From Blasia pusilla (lineage: Eukaryota), in assembly GCA_050084515.1 (NCBI GenBank), contig CM114271.1:43834001-43898000 (forward strand): 64,000 nt of DNA, in the 5' to 3' direction. The notes under the pieces were generated by a model. It was given only the letters and a program-made list of their open reading frames with translations, had not been told where the DNA came from and did not search any database. Below are positions 28,560 through 40,166 of this stretch, one piece after another; the first letter of the stretch is position 1, and the number at the start of each line of letters is the position of its first letter. Position numbers and translations under genes: made by a program.

Positions 28560-30520
28560 CTGTTAGGGTGTTAGATCTCTTTGGAGGGATTAGCACCGGA
28601 TAAGCTGCAGTATTGCAGGCGGGCATACGGGTGCATTAGTACCTTTATGTGGAGAGAGATGAGATTGCGCGGCGAGTATCATTATGTCACATAACAAGAT
28701 TGATCCAAAGGTATCTTGAGTTGTTGCCGGTATCTATAGTACGGGGATATCAACATACACTACCCGCCGCGCGACATCTCTTTGGTGGGGGCACAAGATC
28801 TGGATAGAGTTAGCACCATTAATTTGGTGATTGTTGGATGGCCATGTCACGGTCATTCATCAGCTGGCCGAGGGTTTGGATTGCAGGATCCGAGGTCAAG
28901 GATATTTTGGGAGATGCTGCGAGTAGTATGACACTTGCAGGAGAGTCAGACATGTTCTCCGGCATACATTTTGGAGAACGTGCCGTTGTTGGGAGACAAT
29001 CGTGCACGTGTGATGACGAGTGTGCATCAGGTGAGGTCCTGGTTGGGACCTGCTGTGTTGTTAGATACAGCGTGAGTTGGATCACGCGCCCATTATCCAC
29101 AACTGTGGTGGATGAACTTCATACCATCAGAGGTACTGAGTCAAGCATACGATGTCCAGAAAGCACCACATATGTCGTGCGCCTACTCTCCTTGAACGTC
29201 AATCTCTAGTATTAAGGAAGCGTACGTTCAGTTGGACACGCTCTCATTGCCGACCTGCACCCAAACACGCACTCTCATTAGTCAGCTTTGGGTCAGTCAC
29301 TCATCCAACCCACCGAGTATTCTACTCAGCGTCTCATCAAGCTCAACCCTCCTTGCTTTCTAGGTTCCAAACACGGCAAGTCCTGCAAGACTTGGAACAG
29401 ACTTTCTGGTTAGTCCAGGAACCTAAAACGGCACTTACGCGCCTGGCGGTCCCAAGTGTCCAATGGACCTTGTGCGAGTTCCTAGCCGAGACCCAAGTAA
29501 TTGAGTTGCAGGTTGGAATCCAAGAGGGATGTCTAAAATCGCCTCACTAGACTTGGTTCAAGTTTTCAAGCCCAACTCCAAACTCTCGATCCGTTCCATG
29601 CCCTTGAGCCGCCCCGTGGCGCCCAAAGTGGGGTTTGAGTCCCAAACACCCTTGGAGACCTTCCCCCTTACTAGTACTTTGGGAGATCTCCAAACACCCC
29701 CTACCTTTGGAAAAAGATGGTCGAGCCCTTCATTGTGGCCCTCAACCTGATTCTACTTACAGTCGTTTTTGGGTTGTTTCTCAGCCGCTGCTTATGCGTT
29801 TTCAGAGATCTTTACTACGTTTGAACTAGCTTTCTATAAGCTTTCCAACGCGTCCTTACTCGTTCCAAACGCATCTTGGCGCTAAAAGTTATGGCCATAA
29901 ATATAGTCGGAAACTCTCAAACGCTGGTGGCGTCCCAAATCCGGATTCCTTCCTTTGGCAACCCACTTCCTAGACTTGACTCCTCTCAAGTCTTGATCCG
30001 CGTTTGGTCCAGGTTTCTCAGTCGCAACCACAACATATGAAACGCGAAGCCTCGCTTGCGTCTCGTCTCTTGTCTCTTCTTCGAGACCACTCCAACGCGC
30101 AAACCATCTTAGCGTGAGCCCGCTAATGTTCCGATGTTCTACTTTGGCACTCGGTTGGTCATGAGGATCGTGACAACATCTCATAGTGGATGCTATTTTA
30201 GGCTCAGGGCGTCGATCTCAGGTGGTGATGCGGGATGATAGACCACCGTTGGCGATGGCCAATTGGGTGGGGGAGTTGAGGGCAGCCTCACCTACGCTGG
30301 TGAGCTTCCCATCATCCCATGCCTTTCATCGGGGAGGGCCACGCATGATTTGGGATGAGGTGACCCGAGCAGTGGAGGAGCCTATTGCAGATGAGCGTGA
30401 GCGCGCCATGGGGTTTGCTATAGGTACTACGGCGGTGCCAGGTATGACTGAGGCATCCCGGAGACAGGTGTTGGGGCAGGCGGTGGACCTCACCTCTCTC
30501 ACATGGATAGTCACCCTAGG
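28560..30520 (+). pseudogene. C5 cytosine methyltransferase domain of copy B, interrupted by a solo LTR
   Basis: VRVLDLFGGISTG, LVIVGWPC, DPRSRIFWEMLRVV, YILENVP, then after the 29173-30175 insertion ERERAMGFAIGTT..RRQVLGQAVD. Confidence 0.88.
29173..30175 (-). mobile_element. ~1-kb solo LTR (family X) inserted in the MTase domain of copy B
   Basis: Reverse-complement homologue of 3264-4295. TSD ACATA/ACATC. Confidence 0.88.
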
Positions 30521-33500
30521 AATGGCTGAGGAGAGACGGATGCGAGTGTCATCCATGCCGTCACGTCCACAAGTTGGACCATTGCCTACAGGGTTTGTAC
30601 AGGCATTGGCGATTGCCGGATGAGGAGAGACAGGCACCCATGGACTTCTTGGGGCGTCGTTCGAGTGGAGAGTGCGAAGGCGGCCAGAGCAATACATGTT
30701 CATTTTTTGGATGTGGAGCATGGGGTAGGAGGTCAGAGTGGAGTGGTTGTTGCGGAGGTGGCTAGAGTTGCTACATAGCAACCAAAGCCGGAGGTTGCGT
30801 CCTCTTCGAGTGAGGTCACGATGAAGACTTGGGAGCTTGTGATAGGTCTCAAGTTGATAGGAGGAGAGCGACGGCAAGTTCATCGGTTTTTGAGAGGGCA
30901 TGTTAGTTGTTTTTCCTTCAATATGAGAGACTTGGGTACGCTGAAGGGTCTCGGTATACGGATTGAGTTGGCTAGTGATACGCCGATCTTTTGTCGACCC
31001 TACAGGTATTCTAATATGGAGCGAGCCTTGATTCAGAGTAGGAGTGAGGAATTTTGGAGGCAAGACTTGTGGAGTTATCACATGGGGAGTATGCATCCGC
31101 CACAGTCATGCCGGCGAAGAAGGATATGTATGGCAATTGGACGGATAGGGGGATGTGTGGAGATTACCGTCCTATCAACCGAAAGACGAGGTCAGACGTA
31201 CTCGGTTAGGGGTCGCCCATTCCAGTTACATACGGATTGGAGCATGTTGGGTCTAGGAGCAGTGCTTACTTATAGAGATGACAAGGAGAGGGAGTTCATT
31301 TTGGATTACGCAAGCCGATCAAACAATATTGCAGAGGCAAAGCACAAGTCCTACAAGGGAAAGTGCTTGGCTGCAGTGTGGGCCGTGGCACAATTTAGGT
31401 GCTATTTATTCGGTAACCCTTTAATACTTATCACTGATCATCAGCCGTTGAGGTGGTTGATGGAGTCCGACAAGCTTACGGAAAAGCTTGCCATGTGGGC
31501 TCTATTACTACAGGAGTATGAGTTTGAGGTGGTTCATAGGCCAGGTCGGGCTGAACTAGGATGCGGATGGATTGAGTCGTAACCCATATCCGAGTCAGAG
31601 AGACCACACAGGAGAGAAGATGGCACGGAGAGAAGATGGTGCCTGGTTGGCATGCATCTGCTTATCTTTGTTGGTTGACTATGGTAGGTCAGCCATAGGT
31701 GATGACTCTAGTGGTGGATTTGGATGATGAGTCTTTGGATCCGAGATCAGTGAGGAGGCGACGGGTGGTCGTGATATCCATGACGACGTGGAGGTTATGG
31801 AGTTCTTGCGCACTAGCGTCATAACGAGCATAGTGAGTGTTAGGGAGCGGGATTGGATCCTACAGAGAGCTAGGAGGTTCAGGTGGGAGGGGACTCATAT
31901 TTTGCGGGTATGGGGAGATGGTAGGATACGAATGGTACCTCATCCTTCCCAACAAGCATGTGTAGTATGACATGCCTATGAGGAGTTGGGGCATTTTGGA
32001 GTAAAGCGTACTTACAGCTTACTCCAAGTTGAGTATTGGTGGCGCGGCATGCATATTGGGGTAGAGCAATTAGTGGCCAGATATTTGGTATGTGAGTGCG
32101 AGTATCCTTCAATGCTCCCACTCCGCACTTACATCCTTTTCCGATTATGGGTTTAGGTTATTGGTGGAGTTTAGACTTTGCAAGACCTTTGCCATTGACG
32201 GGGCATCATCATAGGTACATTTTGGTCATGGTGGAGCATTTCTCCAAGTGGATAGAGTTGGTGGCACTATCGGACAAGGCAAGCAAGGGAACAACTTATG
32301 CGTTTCTAGATCGTGTGCTTAGTCACTTTGGTGCACTGGCGGAGGTATTGACTGACAAGGGTACCAAGTTCAGGGGCGAGTTTCAGGCCTTGTGTGATCA
32401 GGTGCTGATAGATCACCGCACCACGTCCACAGATCATCCTGAGGCGGATGGATTGGCGAAGAAAGTAGTACAGATGGTGAAGAGAGGATTACGTAAGTAT
32501 GGCTTGCAGTGGGGACAGTTGAGGGAGTGAGACCTACAGTTGCCATGGTTGGCTATGGGTTATCGCTTTAGTAGACATGCATCTTTGGCGTCATTTTTAC
32601 CGTACTTTTTGCTCTTCGGGAGAGATCCAGATTTACTTGCAGCTATTCGACGTGACATGGCGGAGGTGTTAGATCTTGATGATCCAGATGTGTGGGTATA
32701 AGCGTGTTCTCATATGGCGGAGATTTTTCGTAGAGTCATGCCTATGGCCTTTGAGAACTTGGCTATTGCTCAACATAGAGATACATTGAGGTACGCGACC
32801 ATTCGTGGAGGAGGTTATCGTCCAAGGATTAGGAGGTTTCATCCTGGAGATTACGTGTATTTACAATAGGCGGCATCCACGACCCTAGATATCACTGCAT
32901 GGCGCACAATCCTACGTGTGCACGAGGTATTACCGACCGAAGTCCTCTTGTTGGAGGGACGGGATGGTATGGTTTGGAAGGATCATGTGCATAATTGTGC
33001 GCCATGTCATCTTCTGAACGTAGACGGGATAGTGGATCCGAGCTTGGTAGTGGTACCTGCAGGCTTGAGGTGTATGTTGTGCGGATCTACGAGGGGTGCA
33101 GCCACCATGTTGGTATGTGATGGTTGTTCTCAGGGGTGGCAAATGTCATGTTTGACCCCCCCCCCTCCTTCTTGATGTAGTTCTCACATGACAATGGATG
33201 TGTCTGAGATGTATATAGGGTAGTAGGTCATGTCAGAGAGATATGATATTGTCTATCTGGAGTTAGGGAGATCCAACTGCCAGCTAGGGGGGCGGTTGTG
33301 TGATCTCCATATATATGTATGAGTTGATTTCTGTACATGTGTGGATCTACCCGTGTGTGGGGAAGATCAGTGTTGTGTGATGTAGATGTGACCAGCGATG
33401 TATGTTGTATAGCGATATGTATGCGCACGACAGTTGTCACATCTGAGTAGCCGATAGGCCGAGATCTATCGTGGATAGGGCGTAAGAGCCAGCGGAGTAT

Positions 33501-36500
33501 CTTGAGTGTAACTTTGTCCCACGGTGTCGGATGAGGTTGAGGATAGGTTCATTGTGTTAGGAAGGTTTTTTCTGATAACTTTCCTGTTGAGGTATTTCAC
33601 AACCGGGTGACTTGTTGACCAGGTCACCCGCCCCTAGTAACCTGTGCATGTAGGTTACCAAGAGGATAGCTTTTTTTAGGGGAAGAGCCTTTTGGCTCTT
33701 CCCAACCCTATATAAGGGAGGAAGATGGCTTTCCCAAGCCATCATTCTCATGTTGGGCCATTGGAGCACCCGTCTTGTATGTGTGTGAGATAGGACTAGG
33801 GTTTTAGCATCTAGGTTCCTTGATAGCGTAGGATGGACAAGGCTCGATATGTCGATGTAGATTGAGGAGTGGAGTTTTAGGCTGGGTGTGCTATTTTTAT
33901 TACTCTTTAATTTTGTTGGTGATCTCTATGTATATGTATGAGTTGATTTTTGTACATGTGTGGATCTACCAGTATGTGGGGAAGATCGGTGTTGTGTGGT
34001 GTAGATGTGACCAGGGATGTATGTTGTGTAGCGATATATATGCGCACGACAACCTTTCTACCTAGTGGGAGTGAGGTGAATGACCATGTGTTATTCAACC
34101 TCATAGATTCAAGCTCTTGTTCAATTTCATCCTTACAGTGAAATGCTTGCTAGCCAAAGAGAGCTTCTTTATAGGTCTTAGGTTCTTTAATATGGACATG
34201 CTTCTCTCATTGACTCAATAATCCATGAGTAAACTTCTCCTTCTCTAGATTCCTAGGGAGTGACTCTTAATGGGCTACATCATATTTCTGCAATAGACTT
34301 GAAACCCTTTTACATCTTCTTGTTCCAACACTTGCTTATGTTGGATTTTTATTGTTGGACTCTATTGAACAATTTTTGGCTTCATCTAAACTTGTTTCAG
34401 TACAACATCAAGAAATGTGTTATTTTTTGGAATCATAATAACATTCGTACTCGTGCTTGGAGAAGAAGGAATTAGTGCAAAAGCTTTACATCCAAAACTT
34501 TTAATGTGATTAAGAACTAGAGGGTCTTTGTGCCAAATCTCATAAGACGTTTTATGACCCTCCTCAACCCTTTTTGGTGCTCACGTTGGAAATATGTTTT
34601 GGAAGTTTTTTGCTCTTACTATCAATTCTCTATGCCTATAAGCCTTTCCAAGACTTCATTGTTCTAGCATTACAAGTATACTACAAGTCGAAGTTTTACT
34701 TTTCCTCTAAGTTACTCCATTATGTTATGGAGTGCGGGGGATTGGAAATTGAAATCGGTGGAAAGATATTCTCCTCCATTATCACATCTTATCAAATTCT
34801 ATTTTTTCTCCCTCACTGGTTGTCTACTAGAGTTCTTATAATAGAAACTTATGAAATACTTTGGATTTCTGCTTTAAAAGATACTTAAAAAAATCATCTA
34901 TGAAAGTTAAGAAATATCTTGCTCTGCTATATGCACATGTGTTTAAGAGTCCACAAACATCATAATGTACTAAGCCAAGACCATCTTCAGCCCTCTTACC
35001 ACCATCTTTGGGGAATTTTTCCCTTACTTGCTTTAATTGGATGGATGCGGTGCAAATAGGAAAGTCATCAATGTCTACTCCCTTGTTTTTGAAATGCTAT
35101 GAGTCTGTCTTGGCTGATGTAGTAGAGTTTCTCATGTCATAATCCATCATTAGTTGTTATAGGGAGAACAATGACGTCCTTGCATGTTGATTTTTTGCTT
35201 GATTGCTAAGGTGTTATGGATTCACCTAATATATACAACTTGTTCTTTGATCTACGAATTGCTATTTTTACTTCAACTTTGTTGTTGAAGGTATAACACG
35301 ATTCTTGATTGTGATGTGTCCTTTTACTTGATCAAATTGATCCACTAAGAATTAATTCCTCTTTAGACTACAAACAAACAACACATTCTGGGATAATAGT
35401 TTATACTCCATTCAACAACGTACTTGATGCACACCGATTGCATTCCTTGAATAAACAAGGTTGTTTCATCTCCCACATACACCATTGATCGCTTATTTAT
35501 ATAACTAGCTTGAAACCTGGTAAATGTGTTGAGGTCATGAGCCATATGTTGAGTAGCTCCTACATCCTCATACCAAGTTATATCTGGAGTACTCAAGAAA
35601 ATTAGGGTTGTTTCATAGACTATATAGCCCTAGACTCTTACTAGAGTCTACCTCTATAGCTTTGGACTTAGCTAGAGAGGCAGAGTTATAGTAAGTAAGG
35701 CAATAAAAACAACATATATCTGTAAGGAATGTGATATGCAACGTAGAGAGATGACAATATCTCTTTAAAGACCTGGGGCCTCTAGATTGTGCCCTTCCTA
35801 GAATAGGATCTTATCGTACACAAAGCAAACGAAATTCATGTCCAAAAGTATTGAGTCACTAACAAGTGACATCTGTCACTGACACATTTGACACATATGT
35901 TGTGAGTCAACAGAATGACGTACCTTGCAAACACATTTGTGTGTCAATTGCAAGCTCAGTGCTAGTCGTCATAGTTACAGTGACAAAACTGTTGTTCATA
36001 CTTGCAATTTTTTTTGTTTTGCGGGAGGGGGAGGGTGTGAAGTCAGAATGGAGTCATACAAAGTGGATAGACATTAATTGGCAGTCGCAACATACTAGCA
36101 AAGTAGTTTCTCTTGGCCAAAATGGACTCAAAACGGAGGCGTGTTAATACCTCAATCCCTTATTGTGAAAAGCCTCTAGAGATGAAGAATGGGCCCATAG
36201 GTTGGTGAAAAGGAAAATAAGGATGATTCATTGGTAAATGAGATACCGACACTAGTCAAAGGAAGATCCACTTGCTATTAGAAGGAAATTAGAAGGAACC
36301 ACTTTAGATAAGGGTATATGAAGCTATTCTTTCCATATTATGCTTATCCTTCAATATATCAAAGAGGATGAGAGGTGTTAAGAAACATTTCTACCTTGGG
36401 TTTCCTTAGAAGACGTCTCAATGAATGGGCAAGTATGGTAATAATTATTGTGGTGTAAGAGCGTGTGTTAGATGGCTCATCCGTGACTAAGAAATATAGA

Positions 36501-37163
36501 GCCTCAATATAGACGTAGGATTAGGATATATTGAGGGGACAAAAAATGGTACCTTCTTTTTTGTGGTCAAGAATTGATTACCTACATTTTTTGCATGTGT
36601 GTGAACTTGCACCTTGAACAATAGAGCTGGCGACATTGATGGGATGTATGATCTCTACGTTATGTACTATTAAGACTAAGAGGCTCCTCCTAAGAATGAA
36701 AGTTCATACTTACTAAAAGAAGTGAAGCCTTCTAAAAGAAGAAAAGGTCACGTAACATAGCCAAGTGTATTGCATGCGCAGACAATGTAATACTAGTAAG
36801 TCCTCAACAAGTAATCATTCATGCGTTTCAGCTTAGCCATGGTGCGTTGTAATCTTAACGTGGCCTTACAATTGCAGCAACTTTAACAATGATCACTAGA
36901 ATAGAAGAGCAAGAGTGAATTAACAAATTTCGTCAAATTGACTTATGTAGAAAATGACTCTCCACCATTCATATGAAGAGTGCCTACGAAGAAGAAATTT
37001 ATGGTTAACGACTCCTGTCAAAGGGTACTCTCCTCCATGCAAACATTTACGCATGTTCTTCCCATCCTAACTTTATTTCTTCTTCCCACCTTTGAATTGT
37101 GGGAGACGCCAGTGTTAAAAATCCACTTAGTGGTAATCACGTTTCTTTAGGTATTGCTGATAT

Positions 37164-37444
37164 TAGGGGGTATCAAAGATCGGGCTATCCGGGATTTTAG
37201 GTTTCCCCCAGATCTTTTTACCCGGGGTTTCGCCCGATCCCAAACGGGTAGCTTGCCATCTTCCCGCTTTGGCGTCCCGAGAAGGCCGTTTTGTTTTCTT
37301 TCCGGATATCTTACTTGGAATCAAGGATTGAAAAAGTCTGCCGTAAAACTCCCACCCCCTCCCCTTCCGGAAGTAACCCGGATGGCTTTCCAAGTCGGTC
37401 TCCCTCCGGGCGATTCCGGATATGCCTGTTTATGACACCCCCTA
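37164..37444. mobile_element. hAT-like MITE
   Basis: Terminal inverted repeats TAGGGGGTATCA / TGACACCCCCTA (1 mismatch) and many internal CCGG/CCCG motifs. No 8-bp TSD visible. Confidence 0.5.
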
Positions 37445-38136
37445 TTGTCTCTCATGTTGATGGGTTTTCAATCACCCGCTTTCTATTGAAGACATGATAG
37501 TGTCAAATATCATGGTTTCAATATGATATTTGACACTGAATACTCTTTATCGCCGGAATTGGTACACCGCGAATAAAAGATACCGGGAGTCTAAGGACCG
37601 TAAGAGGTCGAGCATGGGCCAAGTGGCCGGAACTCGGAGCTCCTTTGATTCTAACGTAGCCTAGCCTCACCGAGTCTTTCAAGACGTCTTGAACCAAATG
37701 GGAAAACAAACTAAGTGTCACACGATTGCCAGGAATAGGACAGGGTTTATGTGAGATTGTTTCTTGGAAATTGTATAGCAATCACTAGGCTTTCGCCAAA
37801 GGTTACTGTGAGGCCGAGCTTAGAAAGAGCGAGGCTTCAACGCGAGCAAGATGATCCGCGCGCTGAAGATTTTCTGGTGAAGCTAATGCTGCCGTTGTCG
37901 CACACAGCTGGTGTTTATCTTCTGTTTGTTTGAAAGCTTATAATGTGGGGTTTTGAGGGTTTGGGATTCCACAGGATTGCAATGACTAAATTTGGAGTTT
38001 TAATTGTAGGATACATCCGGATATGTTCGATACTAGTGTAAGGCCGGATTTTGAACTTGTCCATGAATTGGGATCTGTGTAGTGTCGGCTGAAGTTTGGA
38101 GGAGTGGATTGAGAAATCCGCGTCTTTTTGGACAAC

Positions 38137-40166
38137 ATGACGGATCGGGAAGATGAAAGGCGGCGTACAAAGCCTGAGACAGATAAGGCTGTCGCTGGTT
38201 GGGGTTCAGCAATCGTTGCTGGTTTCATTGCTGCGGCTTTTGTGAGTTACGAACACCTCGTGAAGTCGGATGTGAGATCTTAGGGCCCCATTCTGATGAC
38301 TGAGCGAAAGATACCTCTCTGCAATTGACGGTGCTTTTGAGATTTCCGTGACTATTCATGCAACTGAAGAGTTTTCCGCGAAAAACTCCTCTGGCTATTG
38401 TGGAGTAGACTTGGATCTTCGTGTGCGTTAGAAAGGTGGCGGGGACATGCCTGGCTAGTCTGCCAGCTAGTGCGGATAAGGTTCTTGAACAAATCGAGTA
38501 GTAACGACCAGTAGGTTTCAGATTGGACTCCCTTAGTTATGCCAAATTTAATTATATAAATCAATCGGGTAAGTTAACATGTCCCGGTCATAAGACCTTC
38601 ACTTGTTGCGCTGCATATTGCAGTGAATCTAAACCTATACGTGGTCAGTTTATGCTGCCGGGCCTTCTCAGTAGGGCTGAAGGGTATGGAGGGAAGACCC
38701 TGAGAGTTTTATTGTTCAAGATTCCATGGCCTAGGGTGGCACCAGTCTCGTGGACAGTGTTAGGGTTTCGTAATGCATATGGTAAGTTGTGAAAATCTGT
38801 CTTCCCGGGAATCCATTGGGCTGAAACTTTTTAGCTTAGAGCATGGACTCAGGAGATTCTGTGAGTGCGACCGTTATTTATTGAACAACTAGGCCACTGT
38901 CATGTTGAGCGGACTTGGATTCTGAACTTGTTATTTTGGTGTAGATTGGGAATGTGATTTCGCTACGGCGCCGTCTTGTGAACTTTCACAGGACAAGTAC
39001 CCAGGTACCTAATTAACCTCTCCTCCAAATACGCCAGATTTTGTTTCAGATTTTGCACTGATAGTTCAGGCAAGCGAAGTCAAATAGCTCAAAGTGTACT
39101 TCAATGTGAGCTACAGCAATCACGGTTGCCAGAGCTAGCATGGTTAAGTCTTCGCCTGACTCTGAAGAAGAGTGATCAAGTTTATCACAACCAGTTCATG
39201 TCACTGCTAGAGTCTACTTTTTCTTGGCTAATAAGTAATCTTCCACTATGTTGTGGTGGAAGGGCAACAGGTCAAGGCCTGGTGGAAGTTCAAGACAAGA
39301 CACCAATTTTCACGGACAGAATGCTGGTTCTCAGCACCAGTCTCGTAGACCACAGCAGGAGCAGCAGCAGCAGCAAACTTGGTCCTCCTTCTATGTGGAT
39401 GAAGCTGAAGCTAGGCGCTTGTGGAATGACCATGTGCAGGAAATGGTATATAGGAGCTTGAATCCTCAATTACTATAAACATCCAAGGCATCTTCACAGC
39501 TTTTGAATTGGGAAGTTTTCAGGATGTGCCCATCTAGCTTCATCTTCAGGATAGTTATGAAAGCTTGTGGGGTGAATGCAATGGTTCAGCTAGAAATATG
39601 TTTAGTGTGGCTTTTCTTTGAGAAGTAGATCCCTCAGAAAAAGTGTTCTGCATTTCATCCAAAGCTACTCGTCCCATTTGGATAGACCACCTTTTTTCCA
39701 TTTGTGTTTCTCACACTCAATATTTCCCTTGTTTCAGGAGCGCATCAGGCGAAGACAGGAGGCCTTTGACCGCGAGAAAATGAGATACAAGAGGAATTAT
39801 GAGTCTTGGCAAGAGCGCCATGGTGACAAATGGGAGTGGAAGTGGCATGGAAATAGATGGGAGTGGCAGGGTGAAGCTGAACGTCGCAGAGCAGAGGAAG
39901 GACAAAACGATTGGTGGCGTGATGCTCAAGGGCAGAAGAGCAGAGGTCAGTCGCAACCTTCAACCAGAGTTAATTCAGCACATTATGCTGCTCTGGGTCT
40001 TGATGCTTCCAGACTTCAACCATACACTGATGCAGAAATTAAGGCTGCTTTTCGTGCAAAAGCCCTGGAGTTCCATCCTGACCAGAACCAACATGATAAA
40101 GCTGAAGCACATAAGAAATTTCAGCAGATAATGGATGCGTACAATGCATTGCGAAAGTCCAAATAG
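38137..40166 (+). CDS. DnaJ-domain protein with N-terminal TM segment and C-terminal J domain
   Basis: Exons 38137-38241, 38945-39004, 39065-39105 (uncertain), 39271-39445, 39738-40166. J domain HYAALGL..EIKAAFRAKALEFHPDQN..KFQQIMDAY. Confidence 0.85.

Larger units (their letters stand above)
24191..34051 (+). mobile_element. Split-direct-repeat DNMT/PHD gypsy-type retrotransposon, second subfamily (copy B), 5'-truncated, RT core deleted
   Basis: A1 about 24191-24638 (first ~30 bp missing relative to A2), PPT 33285-33294, B1 33295-33432, A2 33435-33914, B2 33915-34051. Same domain order on + strand: gag 25760-27300, protease VLLDSG ~27830, MTase 28560-30520, RNase H 31200-31580, integrase 32096-32530, PHD ~33070-33215. 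Confidence 0.93.
23555..35600 (-). mobile_element. Highly decayed Ty1/copia element interrupted by copy B
   Basis: Protease-like WYEDVGATQHM (35363-35596), RT start ELESMRLNNTWSFTSLPLGRK (~34052-34130), RNase H TIEVEYIAS and IDIHDHF..NDMVENILTKGL (23555-24017). Copia domain order. Confidence 0.8.
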
